From Promethearchaeota archaeon (GTDB lineage Archaea > Asgardarchaeota > Lokiarchaeia > Sigyniarchaeales > SOKP01), in NCBI GenBank assembly GCA_048938895.1, contig JBHLLU010000003.1:68331-132330 (forward strand): a DNA stretch of 64,000 nucleotides, given 5' to 3'. Below, one piece after another: positions 1 to 11,047 of this stretch. How positions within the stretch are numbered: the first letter of the stretch is position 1; every line of letters begins with the position of its first letter. The notes below the pieces were generated by a model. That model made no database searches. It was not told the origin of the DNA and saw only the letters and a list, made by a program, of their open reading frames with translations. Position numbers and translations under genes: made by a program.

Positions 1-855
1 TTATTAGAATTGACAAATAATCTCGATTTCATAGCAACTGGTATTTTAGAGGGTGAACTTGACAAAATGTTATTGATTTCTGAAGAAAATGTAGAAGAAA
101 AATGTCAGTTTTATGTGAAAGATGAGATAATATATTTGGTTTATGGTATATTTCCAGATAAAAAAGGCAAATGGATACTTGAACAAATGTCAAATAATTT
201 CTCAGAATTAATAAAAGGTAAAGATGCTAACGACCTCGATAAACTCGATAAATATGAGATTGAGAGAGAATTTGAAAAACGAATAAATTATATTTTGAAA
301 GAATATCTAACACTACAAGAAGTATTTTCAGATCAAGATTTACCTTATGTAGAAGATTCTATTCGTATAGACTATATTGGTCTCTCTTCAATGTCAATTG
401 GTGTTATTTCATTATTAATTGGAGAGGATTTAAATATAGAACTACAAATTAAAGTTGACACCCCTGAAGAAGAGAAGGAAATGAAAGAATCTATGCTTAC
501 AGCAAGGATAGAAGCTATTGCGGCAAACACACAAGGTAATACAGGGGCTATTCCTCGTTGGATTGCTGTTAAATTAGGTTTTCAAAATTATAGGTTCTTA
601 ACTTTTGAAAAATATCAAAATGATTATTATCTTTCCTTATTATCAGAGGGCAATTTACATAAACTTCCAAAAGTGGAAGAATTGTTAAAACCTGAAATTG
701 ATGCAGTAGTCAAGACACCTTTTTCGGGTAATCTAAGACCTTTTAACGAACTGAAGCAGCGCCTGGAAAAGCTTTTTTCAAAAAGAAGAAAATTTCCCCC
801 ATTTGAATTCGGAGATGAGGATATCGAGGGAAAAGAAAAAGAACCAGAAAAATAA
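1..855 (+). CDS. Hypothetical protein, possibly longin-like; frame open to the window edge, so probably 5'-partial
   Basis: Frame is open from base 1. Two beta-rich/helix segments (CQFYVKDEIIYLVYG; YRFLTFEKYQNDYYLSLLSEG) resemble longin folds by eye only. Confidence 0.55.
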   Translation, partial: LLELTNNLDFIATGILEGELDKMLLISEENVEEKCQFYVKDEIIYLVYGIFPDKKGKWILEQMSNNFSELIKGKDANDLDKLDKYEIEREFEKRINYILKEYLTLQEVFSDQDLPYVEDSIRIDYIGLSSMSIGVISLLIGEDLNIELQIKVDTPEEEKEMKESMLTARIEAIAANTQGNTGAIPRWIAVKLGFQNYRFLTFEKYQNDYYLSLLSEGNLHKLPKVEELLKPEIDAVVKTPFSGNLRPFNELKQRLEKLFSKRRKFPPFEFGDEDIEGKEKEPEK

Positions 856-973
856 TTCAATTTTCGTCATAATTTGAAATACACAAATTAGGAGAGTAAT
901 GATTGTATTAACTTAATCCTGCTTGAAATACACCCATGAAAAATAATTTATTCTAAATTAATTATAGTTCATC

Positions 974-1936
974 ATGAAATATACTCCTGAAAAAATTTGG
1001 CAAGAATTTGAAACTAATAGTATCAGTTTACTAACTGCTACAGAATTATTAGTATCCATCATTGAAAATAGTAATGAAAGTGAGATTAGGGTAAATGCAA
1101 TAAGTACTTTAGCCAAAATTATTTCAGGAGGAGTAAAAATGTATAAAATTTTAGAGAATTTGGTTGTTTCAGAAGAAAATGTTAAAGTTAGGATGATTGC
1201 CATAAATTATGTCGGTAAAATCTTTTTGTACAGAGCTTTACCACTATTGAGTTGGGCTATTAAACATGAAAGTGATTATAATTGCCAAATTGAAATAGTA
1301 AAATTATTAGGGTCTATAAATGTGCAAGAATCCAAATTATTATTATATAGAGAGATTCAGAAATTCATTAAAAAAAGATATATAAATAAAGACAGAAAGA
1401 TTGAAAACAGAAAGTTCAAAAATGTATTAAGAATTTTACTGAAAGAAAAGGATTTTGAAGATTTCACTAATGATGAGTTAGCTAAAATTCTAATAAACAT
1501 TTTAGTTATTTCTCAGTTATTCACAGAATATAACAATATCTATTATGAATTAAATCGACAAAATGGGTTGATTGAGAAGCTAGATTTATCTGATATGGAA
1601 TATGAAGTTAAAGGAACACCATCAGGTTGGAAAAATAACATCAAATCTCTCTCTGATATCCCTGGAATTAATTTTTTACATTCATTAAGTTATCTTGATC
1701 TTTCTAATAATGAAATTATCAATATTGGAGAACTAAACTTTTTACCAAATTTAACTCATCTCATTTTAAAAAACAATAAATTAAGCAGAAAAGAAAATCT
1801 TGAATACTTTAAACATCTAGCCCATCTCGAACACTTAGATTTAAGGGGTAATGAAATAGTTAAATACGTTCATAAAAATAACTTTAATCCAAACGTCAGA
1901 ATTCTTTTAAGAGATCAAGATAAAGAGATAAAATAA
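974..1936 (+). CDS. HEAT-repeat + leucine-rich-repeat protein
   Basis: N-terminal HEAT-like units (EIRVNAISTLAKI, KVRMIAINYVGKI). C-terminal LRRs LSYLDLSNNEI, LTHLILKNNKL, LEHLDLRGNEI. Confidence 0.8.
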   Translation: MKYTPEKIWQEFETNSISLLTATELLVSIIENSNESEIRVNAISTLAKIISGGVKMYKILENLVVSEENVKVRMIAINYVGKIFLYRALPLLSWAIKHESDYNCQIEIVKLLGSINVQESKLLLYREIQKFIKKRYINKDRKIENRKFKNVLRILLKEKDFEDFTNDELAKILINILVISQLFTEYNNIYYELNRQNGLIEKLDLSDMEYEVKGTPSGWKNNIKSLSDIPGINFLHSLSYLDLSNNEIINIGELNFLPNLTHLILKNNKLSRKENLEYFKHLAHLEHLDLRGNEIVKYVHKNNFNPNVRILLRDQDKEIK

Positions 1937-1945
1937 AAAAAAAGA

Positions 1946-3277
1946 TTAATCTTCTATTAATTGGGTTTTACCACTACCCCATACACCAAGCGCAATTCCT
2001 AATTCCTTTTGTTCTTTAGCAACCTGTTTTACATTTTTACCCTGCATCACAGCATCAATCGCTTGTCTAAATGCTTTTGCTCCTGATATTGGTCCATCAG
2101 GATGACTATGAATACCTCCACCACTCCCTATTAGAATATCATTACCCGCTTCTTTCATACATTTTTCAACCATACCTGGCGTAATTCCTCCACTTGGCAT
2201 TGGTAATGTTGGTCTAATGTGTTGAAGCGGAAATCGAAGAGCTTTGAGGTTTTGTTCGTATCTCTCATCCAATATTTCAGCTTTTCCATAAGGTGCAGGG
2301 ATTACAACGGTGTCAGCACCACAAATTCTTGGCAACTTAGCAAATGTTAGCATACTAGTTATCCCTGTCCACTCGCCCCCGAAGTATGTTCCTCCAAAAT
2401 CCATATGACCTAAAATAGGTACTTTTATTGAAGGATCTTCAGCAATCTGTCTTAATGCTTCAAATCCAGTTGTTAAATAGTTGATCATCAAAGCATTAGC
2501 ACCTAATTCTATCATTTTATCGGCGTATTCGAACATTTCTGGGAACTTGGTAGTAATATTTATAGTATATAAAGTTTTTTCTCCTTTTTCTGAGTCTGCT
2601 TTATCAACAGCTTCCATTACTTTTACAATCCTCTCTTCTAATCGATTAAAGGAAGGATCTGATATTAATTCATCATCTTTTACAACATCACAACCCCCAA
2701 CAGCAGCTTGATATACTAAATCTGCTGCAACATCAGCAGTATGACCTGTACATGGTTTTACCATATTATTTAACAAAGGTCGTTCTGGGACATTCAGTAG
2801 TTTTCTTAATCCATCAATTCCAAACTTAGGTCCTTTATATTCTTCTAACCAAGCCTTTGGGAATGCAAGATCTACTAATTTCAATCCATGGGTAATACTA
2901 ATATTTCCAATGACACTTGAAAGTAACATTGGTATCCCCATTCCTTTGATATTTATAACGGGGAACCCGATTTGTACAAAATATATTCTCTCCTTTAAAT
3001 CCTTAGGGACAACATATTCAAAATGGGGTAGTTCGTACACTCCTAACACTCTTGCCACATGATGTTTTCTAACTTCTTCGGTCTCAGCAGGAACTCGTAC
3101 CCAAGTTCCTGTTGATTGCTCTATTGCTGCAAATCTCGAAAGGTAGTTAACATTTTGTCCTTTTGGGCGTTTAATGATATAACTTGCAATTACATACTTT
3201 TCCAAGTCAATTCCATCTAATCCAATGGCTTCTGGAGTATCTAAATATTTTTCACAGCTAGGAAATATTTCATCCAT
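1946..3277 (-). CDS. RuBisCO-like protein (form IV, RLP)
   Basis: KDDE carbamylation motif, EQSTGTW, SGG and GGGIHSHPDG are present. It has KPCTG instead of KPKxG and HMDFGG instead of HRAxH. Start moved to ATG 3277 (MDEIF). Confidence 0.85.
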   Translation of the reverse strand: MDEIFPSCEKYLDTPEAIGLDGIDLEKYVIASYIIKRPKGQNVNYLSRFAAIEQSTGTWVRVPAETEEVRKHHVARVLGVYELPHFEYVVPKDLKERIYFVQIGFPVINIKGMGIPMLLSSVIGNISITHGLKLVDLAFPKAWLEEYKGPKFGIDGLRKLLNVPERPLLNNMVKPCTGHTADVAADLVYQAAVGGCDVVKDDELISDPSFNRLEERIVKVMEAVDKADSEKGEKTLYTINITTKFPEMFEYADKMIELGANALMINYLTTGFEALRQIAEDPSIKVPILGHMDFGGTYFGGEWTGITSMLTFAKLPRICGADTVVIPAPYGKAEILDERYEQNLKALRFPLQHIRPTLPMPSGGITPGMVEKCMKEAGNDILIGSGGGIHSHPDGPISGAKAFRQAIDAVMQGKNVKQVAKEQKELGIALGVWGSGKTQLIED

Positions 3278-3394
3278 TATTTTCACATAATTATATTGAT
3301 TGTATTTGGTGAAAATAATATTGATCAATTCAAAAATTCTTTGATATAATAGGAAAAGTGAAATAAAAAAAAATGAAATAATTATAAAAATAAA

Positions 3395-4510
3395 TTAATC
3401 TTTGGCTTTAGCTTTTTCTTTTTGTACTGTTTTTATATTTGTGTATGTATTTTCGAGTACATTTAAATATTCGATTAATACCTGATCTGACTTTGATTTC
3501 TGATCATAAACTGTCTTGATCACATTCATAACATATTTAGGAAACAGAAGTTCTAAATAAAAGTCTGATAGAAGTGCATAATATTCATTTCCTCTTTCAT
3601 CTTGAAATACTTGTATTAATTGAGTATCCCAGAGCAGCTTCAATACATCATCAAGATCTTCAACCCCTTTCTTCCTAAGTTTTTCCAAATCATTTTTGGT
3701 GACTACAGAAGTACGTAGTAATCGTATAGTTTCATAAACTTGTGGGTTTGTCAGAACGTCAAGTATTCTTAGGTTATCTGCTTCACTAGGTTGATAATTT
3801 TGAAAATATCGACGAACATCGGTTTTATAATTTTCAACAAGTTGGGAGGGTAAACCTCTTTCTGCTGGATTTCTTAAAATCGTGGCTGGTGGCATGCGCA
3901 TAAGTACGATGTCTTTGATCAAAAATATTAATTCAGAGGGCATACCTTTTACAGAAGCCTCTTTAACAATTTCACGTTTAATGAGTTCCATCAGAACTCC
4001 TTCGACATCAACAAAACCTTGTTTGTACCTGTCTTTTAACCAAATCATCAACTCTGATTTGGAGACTACACCTTCGTCTCTTAATCGTTTTATTATCATT
4101 CGTTTGATCTCATCTTGATAGGTTAAAGCAAGTCGCTGTTCAGTACTTAAAGTAGGGTATACAGATAACCGTCGAAACAAAGTGGGGATCATTTGGAGAA
4201 AAGCATTATTTTCTAAATTTGTAAGGATAATTCTGGAAATGTCAATCAAACCTTCTTCGTATGCATCTGGATCATCGTCAAGATTTAAAAGTAAGAGAAT
4301 ATAGAAGTTTTTATCCGGTCCTGTGTAATATGATGCTATGTTTAATGATCCAATCATTAAACTTATCATTCCAGATTCTCCACTATACTCGTGGGTACTA
4401 TATACTTGCATAAGAGTTTTTTCAGTTAGTACGATTTCTTCAGGATATTTTGAGAGAATTTCTGTTCCTGCTCTATCATCCCATTTCATTATAACTAATC
4501 CAATTGGCAT
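3395..4510 (-). CDS. Cytoplasmic protein with N-terminal longin/uDENN-like domain and probable tandem winged helices (copy 1)
   Basis: Starts MPIGLVIMKWDDRAGTEILSKYPE. Paralogue of 9935..11047 (40/60 identical N-terminal residues by hand). ATG directly follows the upstream TAA. Confidence 0.7.
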   Translation of the reverse strand: MPIGLVIMKWDDRAGTEILSKYPEEIVLTEKTLMQVYSTHEYSGESGMISLMIGSLNIASYYTGPDKNFYILLLLNLDDDPDAYEEGLIDISRIILTNLENNAFLQMIPTLFRRLSVYPTLSTEQRLALTYQDEIKRMIIKRLRDEGVVSKSELMIWLKDRYKQGFVDVEGVLMELIKREIVKEASVKGMPSELIFLIKDIVLMRMPPATILRNPAERGLPSQLVENYKTDVRRYFQNYQPSEADNLRILDVLTNPQVYETIRLLRTSVVTKNDLEKLRKKGVEDLDDVLKLLWDTQLIQVFQDERGNEYYALLSDFYLELLFPKYVMNVIKTVYDQKSKSDQVLIEYLNVLENTYTNIKTVQKEKAKAKD

Positions 4511-7500
4511 TTAATCAATCCCTCCTTTAGATTCTTTATATGATTCTGCGGATTCCGATAGAGACTTCTTTTTCTTACTTTCAATTCCTAGAACATCTCG
4601 CATTGATAATCCAAGCAGATCCCATCTATCGCCTAACTGTCTCACCATATATTCTTCTTTTGAAGGATAGAGTAGTGATTCTGAAATTGTTTTTCTACCC
4701 TTGATATCCTTCTTCATCTTTCTTGCTTTCTTAACGAATTTGGGAATCCTAGCTTGCTGGATAGTCCTATATATCGCTAAACTCGCCGTCACTGCAACAA
4801 CCGCTCCTAAAATCATCAACAAGTAAAAAGTTGGGAAACCAAAAGTTTCATGCATATTAACCACAATAGTTAATGTTGTAGTAACTGTAGAGAAATTTGG
4901 TTTTTCAATTGTAAGCGTTGCAGTATAAGTTGCAGGTACAAAGAATGCATCAGGAATCTTATCAACCTTAACTGTGTAAGTTCCATCACCATTAGGAGTG
5001 AAATCATAGTCTTCTCCCCTAAATGTTATGTAAACATCTGCTCCTGTTACGGCTACTGAACCATTATTCGGATCTGTAATTGTTATAGTGAACTCTAATG
5101 ATTTTCCTGAATCTACTTCAGTTTTAGTCCCCTTAAATTCAGCTGGTAAACTGTAACCAAATACTCTTTTGTTAATAGTTAAAGATATTATAGCTATTCG
5201 ATGTTCATAATTCATTTTGTTTAATGTCACAATAACTGAATATTCCCCATCTTCACGTGTTTCTGTATTAATGTCTAATACAAAATCGTGACTACTAGTT
5301 TCGAAAAGAGTGCCAATTTCTGTAGTACCTGGAATTGGAACTCCAAATTCATCAAGTTTCTGTAAAATATAACTTTGTTCATCCAAGTTTGAGATCTTGC
5401 TTGATGTGAAAACATCTTCATAGGTAAAAGTGAAATTTATCGCTTCAAAAATGAAAATATTCTCAGAATCATATAATATTCCAGATTCTCCGTTAATTTC
5501 TGTGGGTCTGGATATAATTTCTATATACATCCCAAAATCTTCAATTTGAGTATAGTTTTCAAGCTTAACTGTTATGTCAATTCTATATTTACCAACATTA
5601 GTTGCATCTGAAGTATCAATTTCAAAAGTATAATATCCCGGTGAAGGACCTGGACTTAACAAACCGGAACCGTAATCCCAATCATATATAAATGATTCAG
5701 GAGTTAAAGCTGAATTAGTTCCAGTGTCAAAAAATCTGGCCGTAATATTGATAGTAAAACCATAGTATTCGGAGATTTCATAATCTCCCCCTGTATTTTT
5801 AGATAATTCTGACAATGTTGTGTAGTCATGCAATGTTAATCCTGTTGGTTTAGCAAATACAGTGATCCCAAAATATTCTTCATCTGGATCATTCCAGAAT
5901 GGCTTATACCCCCTTATAAGTACATAATAGAAATCGCTTTCATATCCTGCTGAGACAATACTGGAGTTTACTGTAACAGTAAAATTTCCAGTAGGACCTG
6001 GTGCTTGGATCATTGATTTTTCAAACAATGCTACCCCATATTTAGAATAAATAGTCCAAGTTGCTGATGTGGCAAAACCGTTTCGATTCCAATCACCAAT
6101 CCAAGATTGACCACTATCATCAGATGTTTCATAAACAAGCGAGAATGACATATTTTGGCCCCAGACAACGGAAGAAACACCTTGAACGTTTGTAAAATTG
6201 GCTATTCGCTGTGTAAAGTTTAAATCCAAGAAAAACACTAATAAAGCGGCTTGTGTTAGACTATAATTATAGTAAGGAGTGATGCTCCCTGGCTTTCCTT
6301 TATCGGAAGTATTTACAATAAAGGTTTGTGGTTGATTCACTATCCAGAGTGTGAAGTTGTACGCTTGTCCTGTTAAATACCAAAATCCAAAATCTGTAGT
6401 ATAAGCCCCATGGGCATATCCAGAGGTGTCCGTTTCCATTTCTATCACATCTTGTGAGGTATTATTCAATTGGACTTTCACAGTTACTCCAGTAACGCTT
6501 TCTGTCCCTGTATTATCCATAACTCTTATATCTAACTTTGCCATGGTTGTTACTATGAATTCATAGTAAATCTGTGGTGGTCCTAAATTAATGACTGTAT
6601 TAGAACTTAATGGAGTAGGATCACTGTAATAATCAGGATTATCATAATATACTGTATAATTATAACTAGATGAAGATATCCAACGGAACGTTGCTTCACC
6701 GTTAATATCCAAAGGAATTGTATCTATCACAGGAATACTACTATTACCTACTTCTACATATCCATAATTTAAAGGATCACCATCAACATCATCCACTTCA
6801 AAATCAATTGTCCAAAGATTAACTGTAATATTGGTTGTAATAAATAAACCTTCAAATTCGACTTCACCTCCAGGACCACTTCTACTATCATATACAATTC
6901 TTTCATCTAATCCATTATAGAGTGTATAATTGACTGTTATATTGTAGGAACCGAATGGTACTTTTAAAAACTCGACTGAACCATCAGTTAAAGTAAATTT
7001 TGTGTATGTAGTACTATCGAGAGTAAGAATATGAGTATTATTTTCCCATAGAGAAACTTCAGCTCCAGGTACTAATCTATCATCCTCATCTTTAATGATA
7101 ATTGTAACTGTAGCCGCACGCTCAACCTCGCTTTGTAACGCTATATCTAAAGTATAATAATTTGCTAACCATTCAATTTCATTAGCTGAAAGAGCATAAT
7201 CAAAGTACCTAACATCGTCTAATAATCCTTGGAAATATTGGTTATTTCTTCCTCCATTAAACGAAGTTGCTTCTGAACCATCCCCAATAAACCCAAATCT
7301 AGTTTCTGAAATGTCTCCTATAGGGAGTCCATTCCAAGCGTCTTTTTGATTATCAAATATTCCGTCTACATAAATCTTTTTATCAAATTCTTGGGAATAA
7401 TCGAAAGTTATAACACAATGATGCCATTCAGCTGGAACATCTTCATCAATTAATGTTAATCCATTAAAGTCATCAATACCTCCTACATCATTAGCAGAAT

Positions 7501-8392
7501 CAAATTCAACATGACCATCAGTAGCCATATATCCTGGTTCCCCAGCTGCAAAAGTCATATATTCTGATCTGTCAAAATCTAATATTGACCATCCGCCTTG
7601 ATTTAAAGATATCTTTACCCAAGCGGAGGCAGTAAATTCATAAACAGGACCCGTTAATGTTGTAAGAATATAATCAGGATCTGCTCCGTTGTAATTAAAA
7701 GACATATTTAAGGCAATATATTCATTTGAACCATCCATCGAAATGGCATAATTCCCTTCTAGTTCAGGAGTTGCAACGAAATCAACATCTTCCATATTGA
7801 ACATGGTTCCATGGTATAAATTACCCATGGAATCATACACTCTATTCCCAGATCCCTCTTCAAATTCCCATCTAGCAATTCCAGCAGGACAATTACTCAT
7901 ATAATAATTTGCCGCTTGACCAATAGTACTATTGCCATAATATAAATATGTATCATAATCAGTTGTACCTGCTGTGGAATTTACCTCAAACCAGACAGTT
8001 GCCCAATCATCACTAGGGAAGTCTTTTTTGATATAATACCTCCTTACTACATCATTTTCTACTATTCTTATATCATCTAAATCTTCCTGTAAGTGTCCTG
8101 CATTATATAAATTCTTCCAGTTAATCTCAATTTTTACGATATTATCTTCCAAATTAAATGTTCCGGGATTTGTAATATTAATGCATTGTCTCCATTGAAA
8201 AGACACATTCCACCATGGATCTTCACCAATACCATTATTTAACATGGGTAGAATTGGTTTTTCTTGTTCTTTAGCTTTATCAATTTTCTCTTGCATATTC
8301 GGGACCAATGGAATAACAAATAATATAGAACTTATTGTCAGCGTCAGTAACAGTGTTGTTGCGAACTTATGTTTAAACATTGTACTTTTCAT
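4511..8392 (-). CDS. Large single-pass surface protein: signal anchor, DUF2341-like + LamG domains, Ig-like repeats, C-terminal TM and basic cytoplasmic tail
   Basis: WWNVSFQWRQCINITN...DDIRIV...YLYYGN (DUF2341-like). FTASAWVK...WHH...IYVDG...FQGLLDDVRYFDYALS (LamG). Many NxS/T sequons. TM FYLLMILGAVVAVTASLAIY followed by QQARIPK. Confidence 0.8.
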   Translation of the reverse strand: MKSTMFKHKFATTLLLTLTISSILFVIPLVPNMQEKIDKAKEQEKPILPMLNNGIGEDPWWNVSFQWRQCINITNPGTFNLEDNIVKIEINWKNLYNAGHLQEDLDDIRIVENDVVRRYYIKKDFPSDDWATVWFEVNSTAGTTDYDTYLYYGNSTIGQAANYYMSNCPAGIARWEFEEGSGNRVYDSMGNLYHGTMFNMEDVDFVATPELEGNYAISMDGSNEYIALNMSFNYNGADPDYILTTLTGPVYEFTASAWVKISLNQGGWSILDFDRSEYMTFAAGEPGYMATDGHVEFDSANDVGGIDDFNGLTLIDEDVPAEWHHCVITFDYSQEFDKKIYVDGIFDNQKDAWNGLPIGDISETRFGFIGDGSEATSFNGGRNNQYFQGLLDDVRYFDYALSANEIEWLANYYTLDIALQSEVERAATVTIIIKDEDDRLVPGAEVSLWENNTHILTLDSTTYTKFTLTDGSVEFLKVPFGSYNITVNYTLYNGLDERIVYDSRSGPGGEVEFEGLFITTNITVNLWTIDFEVDDVDGDPLNYGYVEVGNSSIPVIDTIPLDINGEATFRWISSSSYNYTVYYDNPDYYSDPTPLSSNTVINLGPPQIYYEFIVTTMAKLDIRVMDNTGTESVTGVTVKVQLNNTSQDVIEMETDTSGYAHGAYTTDFGFWYLTGQAYNFTLWIVNQPQTFIVNTSDKGKPGSITPYYNYSLTQAALLVFFLDLNFTQRIANFTNVQGVSSVVWGQNMSFSLVYETSDDSGQSWIGDWNRNGFATSATWTIYSKYGVALFEKSMIQAPGPTGNFTVTVNSSIVSAGYESDFYYVLIRGYKPFWNDPDEEYFGITVFAKPTGLTLHDYTTLSELSKNTGGDYEISEYYGFTINITARFFDTGTNSALTPESFIYDWDYGSGLLSPGPSPGYYTFEIDTSDATNVGKYRIDITVKLENYTQIEDFGMYIEIISRPTEINGESGILYDSENIFIFEAINFTFTYEDVFTSSKISNLDEQSYILQKLDEFGVPIPGTTEIGTLFETSSHDFVLDINTETREDGEYSVIVTLNKMNYEHRIAIISLTINKRVFGYSLPAEFKGTKTEVDSGKSLEFTITITDPNNGSVAVTGADVYITFRGEDYDFTPNGDGTYTVKVDKIPDAFFVPATYTATLTIEKPNFSTVTTTLTIVVNMHETFGFPTFYLLMILGAVVAVTASLAIYRTIQQARIPKFVKKARKMKKDIKGRKTISESLLYPSKEEYMVRQLGDRWDLLGLSMRDVLGIESKKKKSLSESAESYKESKGGID

Positions 8393-8848
8393 TTCATATC
8401 AATTTTTTTAGTAATTACTTTTTTTAAAAATAGGTTTTCATAAATAATACCAATTCTTGTATTTATTTTTTTATCTATCAAAATTAATTTGGCATAACAA
8501 ATTCAAAATCGTCAATAAACGCAACAGAATAGAGCAATAGATCGTGTTCAAAATAATTTTTAAACTTTTGTTGTTTTACATAATTTTATTAGTTTTTTGA
8601 TTAAAAAAGGTAATTCCTAAGGTAATATTGTTATCAAAAAAATTATACTTTTCTTGTATAGAGAAAAAGGGATATTTTTAAAATGAAATTTATAATTCAA
8701 TAATTACTTTCATCTTCCATATCGCACGTTCTTTAAATCCTAAAAATTTAAATAATTTAATTTAGATTGTAGATTCAAATAAAAGTTTCAAACTTTTTCA
8801 TTTATTAATTTAATTCTTAAGATTCGTCTTTTTAATTGTAAGAAGGTA

Positions 8849-9895
8849 TTGTATATGCTAAGGCAAGTCTATATTTTGAAAGAAGGGAACATATTATATA
8901 ACAAAAATTTTGGAAAATCTCTTTCAATTGAAGATTTCCAAAAGCATATTCAAGAGATTGTTGAAGAGACCGAAAAAGGAACAAATTTAGATAGTTATGA
9001 TTATTTCAAGTATAAAATTGTATATTCTCAAGTAGAAAATGAGGATTTAATGTTTACTTTCGTAACAGATATAAATGATGATGTTAGAAGATCGAAAGAA
9101 GAATTAAATAAATTAAAGAAAGAATTTTTAGATACTTTTGGTGATAATTTAGATGGTTTGGATCCAGTACTTATGGAGATACTAGCTCCAATTATAGACA
9201 CCATACATAGAAATCTTAAAACAAAAATATCCTTAGTTGGGTTTTCTGGAGTTGGGAAGACCACCACAACGAATCTCATCTGTGCTGATGAAATCCCTTC
9301 TGTTCACATCCCTACTATCACGGGGAAAATCTCTACAGTTAAGATTGGCAAGTTATATTTCCATTTATGGGATTTTGCTGGACAAGAACAGTTTAGTTAT
9401 CTTTGGAATGATTTTATCCTTGGTAGCGATGCTGTACTTATAATTACAGATTCTACATTAGAAAATGTAGAAAAAAGTAAATTTTTTATTGAGTTAATAA
9501 AGGAACACGCTCCTTATGCTCATACTGCGGTAATAGGTAATAAACAAGATCTGCCTGATGCATTATCTATAGAAAAAATCCAAGAGATATCGGGAGTGAA
9601 AACATATTCAATGGTAGCAATCGATCCCAACAACAGAGACAAGATGATACAAATTGTAGCAGATATTTTAGAAATCAACACAGATGTATCTCCATTGTTG
9701 AAACCATTATTTGAAAGAGATCAACTTATAAATAAAGCTAGAGAATGTTTGGAAGGTGGTGATATAGCCCAAACCGCCGAATATTTTGAGAAGATATCAG
9801 ATCTCTGCCTTGAATTAGGAGATGATACGCTATATAAGGAGTTTGATGAGAAAGCAAGAAAACTCAAGAGCTATTTAACAAAGAATGAAAATTAA
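8849..9895 (+). CDS. Small GTPase with N-terminal longin-like domain and C-terminal helical hairpin
   Basis: G1 GFSGVGKT, G2 PTI, G3 WDFAGQE, G4 NKQD. ~120 aa N-terminal extension (RQVYILKEGNILY...LMFTFVTD). Confidence 0.85.
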   Translation: MYMLRQVYILKEGNILYNKNFGKSLSIEDFQKHIQEIVEETEKGTNLDSYDYFKYKIVYSQVENEDLMFTFVTDINDDVRRSKEELNKLKKEFLDTFGDNLDGLDPVLMEILAPIIDTIHRNLKTKISLVGFSGVGKTTTTNLICADEIPSVHIPTITGKISTVKIGKLYFHLWDFAGQEQFSYLWNDFILGSDAVLIITDSTLENVEKSKFFIELIKEHAPYAHTAVIGNKQDLPDALSIEKIQEISGVKTYSMVAIDPNNRDKMIQIVADILEINTDVSPLLKPLFERDQLINKARECLEGGDIAQTAEYFEKISDLCLELGDDTLYKEFDEKARKLKSYLTKNEN

Positions 9896-9934
9896 TAATT
9901 ATAGGTAAAAATAAAATAAAAAAAATAAAAAAAA

Positions 9935-11047
9935 TTATCCTTCTTTCTCTTCTTCTACTTTAATTTCAGCAGGATGATATGCTTCATCTAGTACATTAAG
10001 ATACTCTATTAACACTTCACTTGATTTCGATTTCACTTCATACTGATATATTATGGTGTTTAACATATATTTAGGATACAGTAAAGAGCTATGGAAATCC
10101 GTGAGAAGAGCATAGTATTCTGTTCCTTTTGGATCTTGAAAAACGTGTATCATTTGATTTTCCCATAACTTCTTTAATCCCGCATCGATATCATCAACCC
10201 CTTTTTTCCTAAGTTTCTCTAAGACGTTTTTTGTGACAATAGATATTCTAAGTAATTTTAAAATTTCATATACTTGAGGATCTGCAATTATATCATCTAA
10301 TACTTTCAGATTATCTTCATCTGATGGTCGATATTTTTGAAAGAATTTCTTGACTGCCACATTATAATCTTCTCTAAATTTTTCAGGAAGTCCTCTTTCA
10401 GTAGGATTTTTAAGTAAGGATATGGGAGGTCTCCGAATCATGAATATATCATTAGTGAGAAAAATTAATTCAGAAGGCATCCCCTTGACTGATGCTTCTT
10501 TTATGATGTCCTTTTTGATTAATTCCATAAGAATCGCATCTACATCGAAAAATCCTTCCCGATATCGGTCTTTTAACCAAATGTTCAATTCCGACTTAGA
10601 GATCACGCCTTCATCTCTTAATCTTTTAATAATCAACCTATTTACATCATCAAGGTATGTAATTGCCAAATTTTGTTCCCTATTTAAATAGGGATAAGTT
10701 GATAGTCTCTGAAATAAGAAGGGGATCATTTCTAAGTATGCCTTATCTTCAAAGTTTTGAAATATCACACGTGAAATGTCAGCCAATCCACCTTCGAAGG
10801 TATCTGCATCTTCATCTAAGTTAAGAAGTAAGATAATATAGAGAGGTTTATCTCTTCCGGTATAATATGAAGCAATATTTAGAGGACCCACAAGCAAACT
10901 TATCATTCCCGGTTCTCCTGTATACTCATGTGCAGCATATATTTGCATTAATGTTTCTTCACTGATTACTAATTCATCTGGATATTTTGCAAGGATTTCT
11001 GTACTTACTTTAATATCCCATCTCATTAATACTAATCCAATTGGCAT
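9935..11047 (-). CDS. Longin/uDENN-like + winged-helix protein (copy 2)
   Basis: Full-length paralogue of 3395..4510. Start overlaps the upstream stop (TAATG). Confidence 0.7.
   Translation of the reverse strand: MPIGLVLMRWDIKVSTEILAKYPDELVISEETLMQIYAAHEYTGEPGMISLLVGPLNIASYYTGRDKPLYIILLLNLDEDADTFEGGLADISRVIFQNFEDKAYLEMIPFLFQRLSTYPYLNREQNLAITYLDDVNRLIIKRLRDEGVISKSELNIWLKDRYREGFFDVDAILMELIKKDIIKEASVKGMPSELIFLTNDIFMIRRPPISLLKNPTERGLPEKFREDYNVAVKKFFQKYRPSDEDNLKVLDDIIADPQVYEILKLLRISIVTKNVLEKLRKKGVDDIDAGLKKLWENQMIHVFQDPKGTEYYALLTDFHSSLLYPKYMLNTIIYQYEVKSKSSEVLIEYLNVLDEAYHPAEIKVEEEKEG

Noticed and set aside
1946-3328. True CO2-fixing RuBisCO (form III)
   Set aside because: Key motifs are altered (KPCTG, HMDFGG), which indicates form IV.
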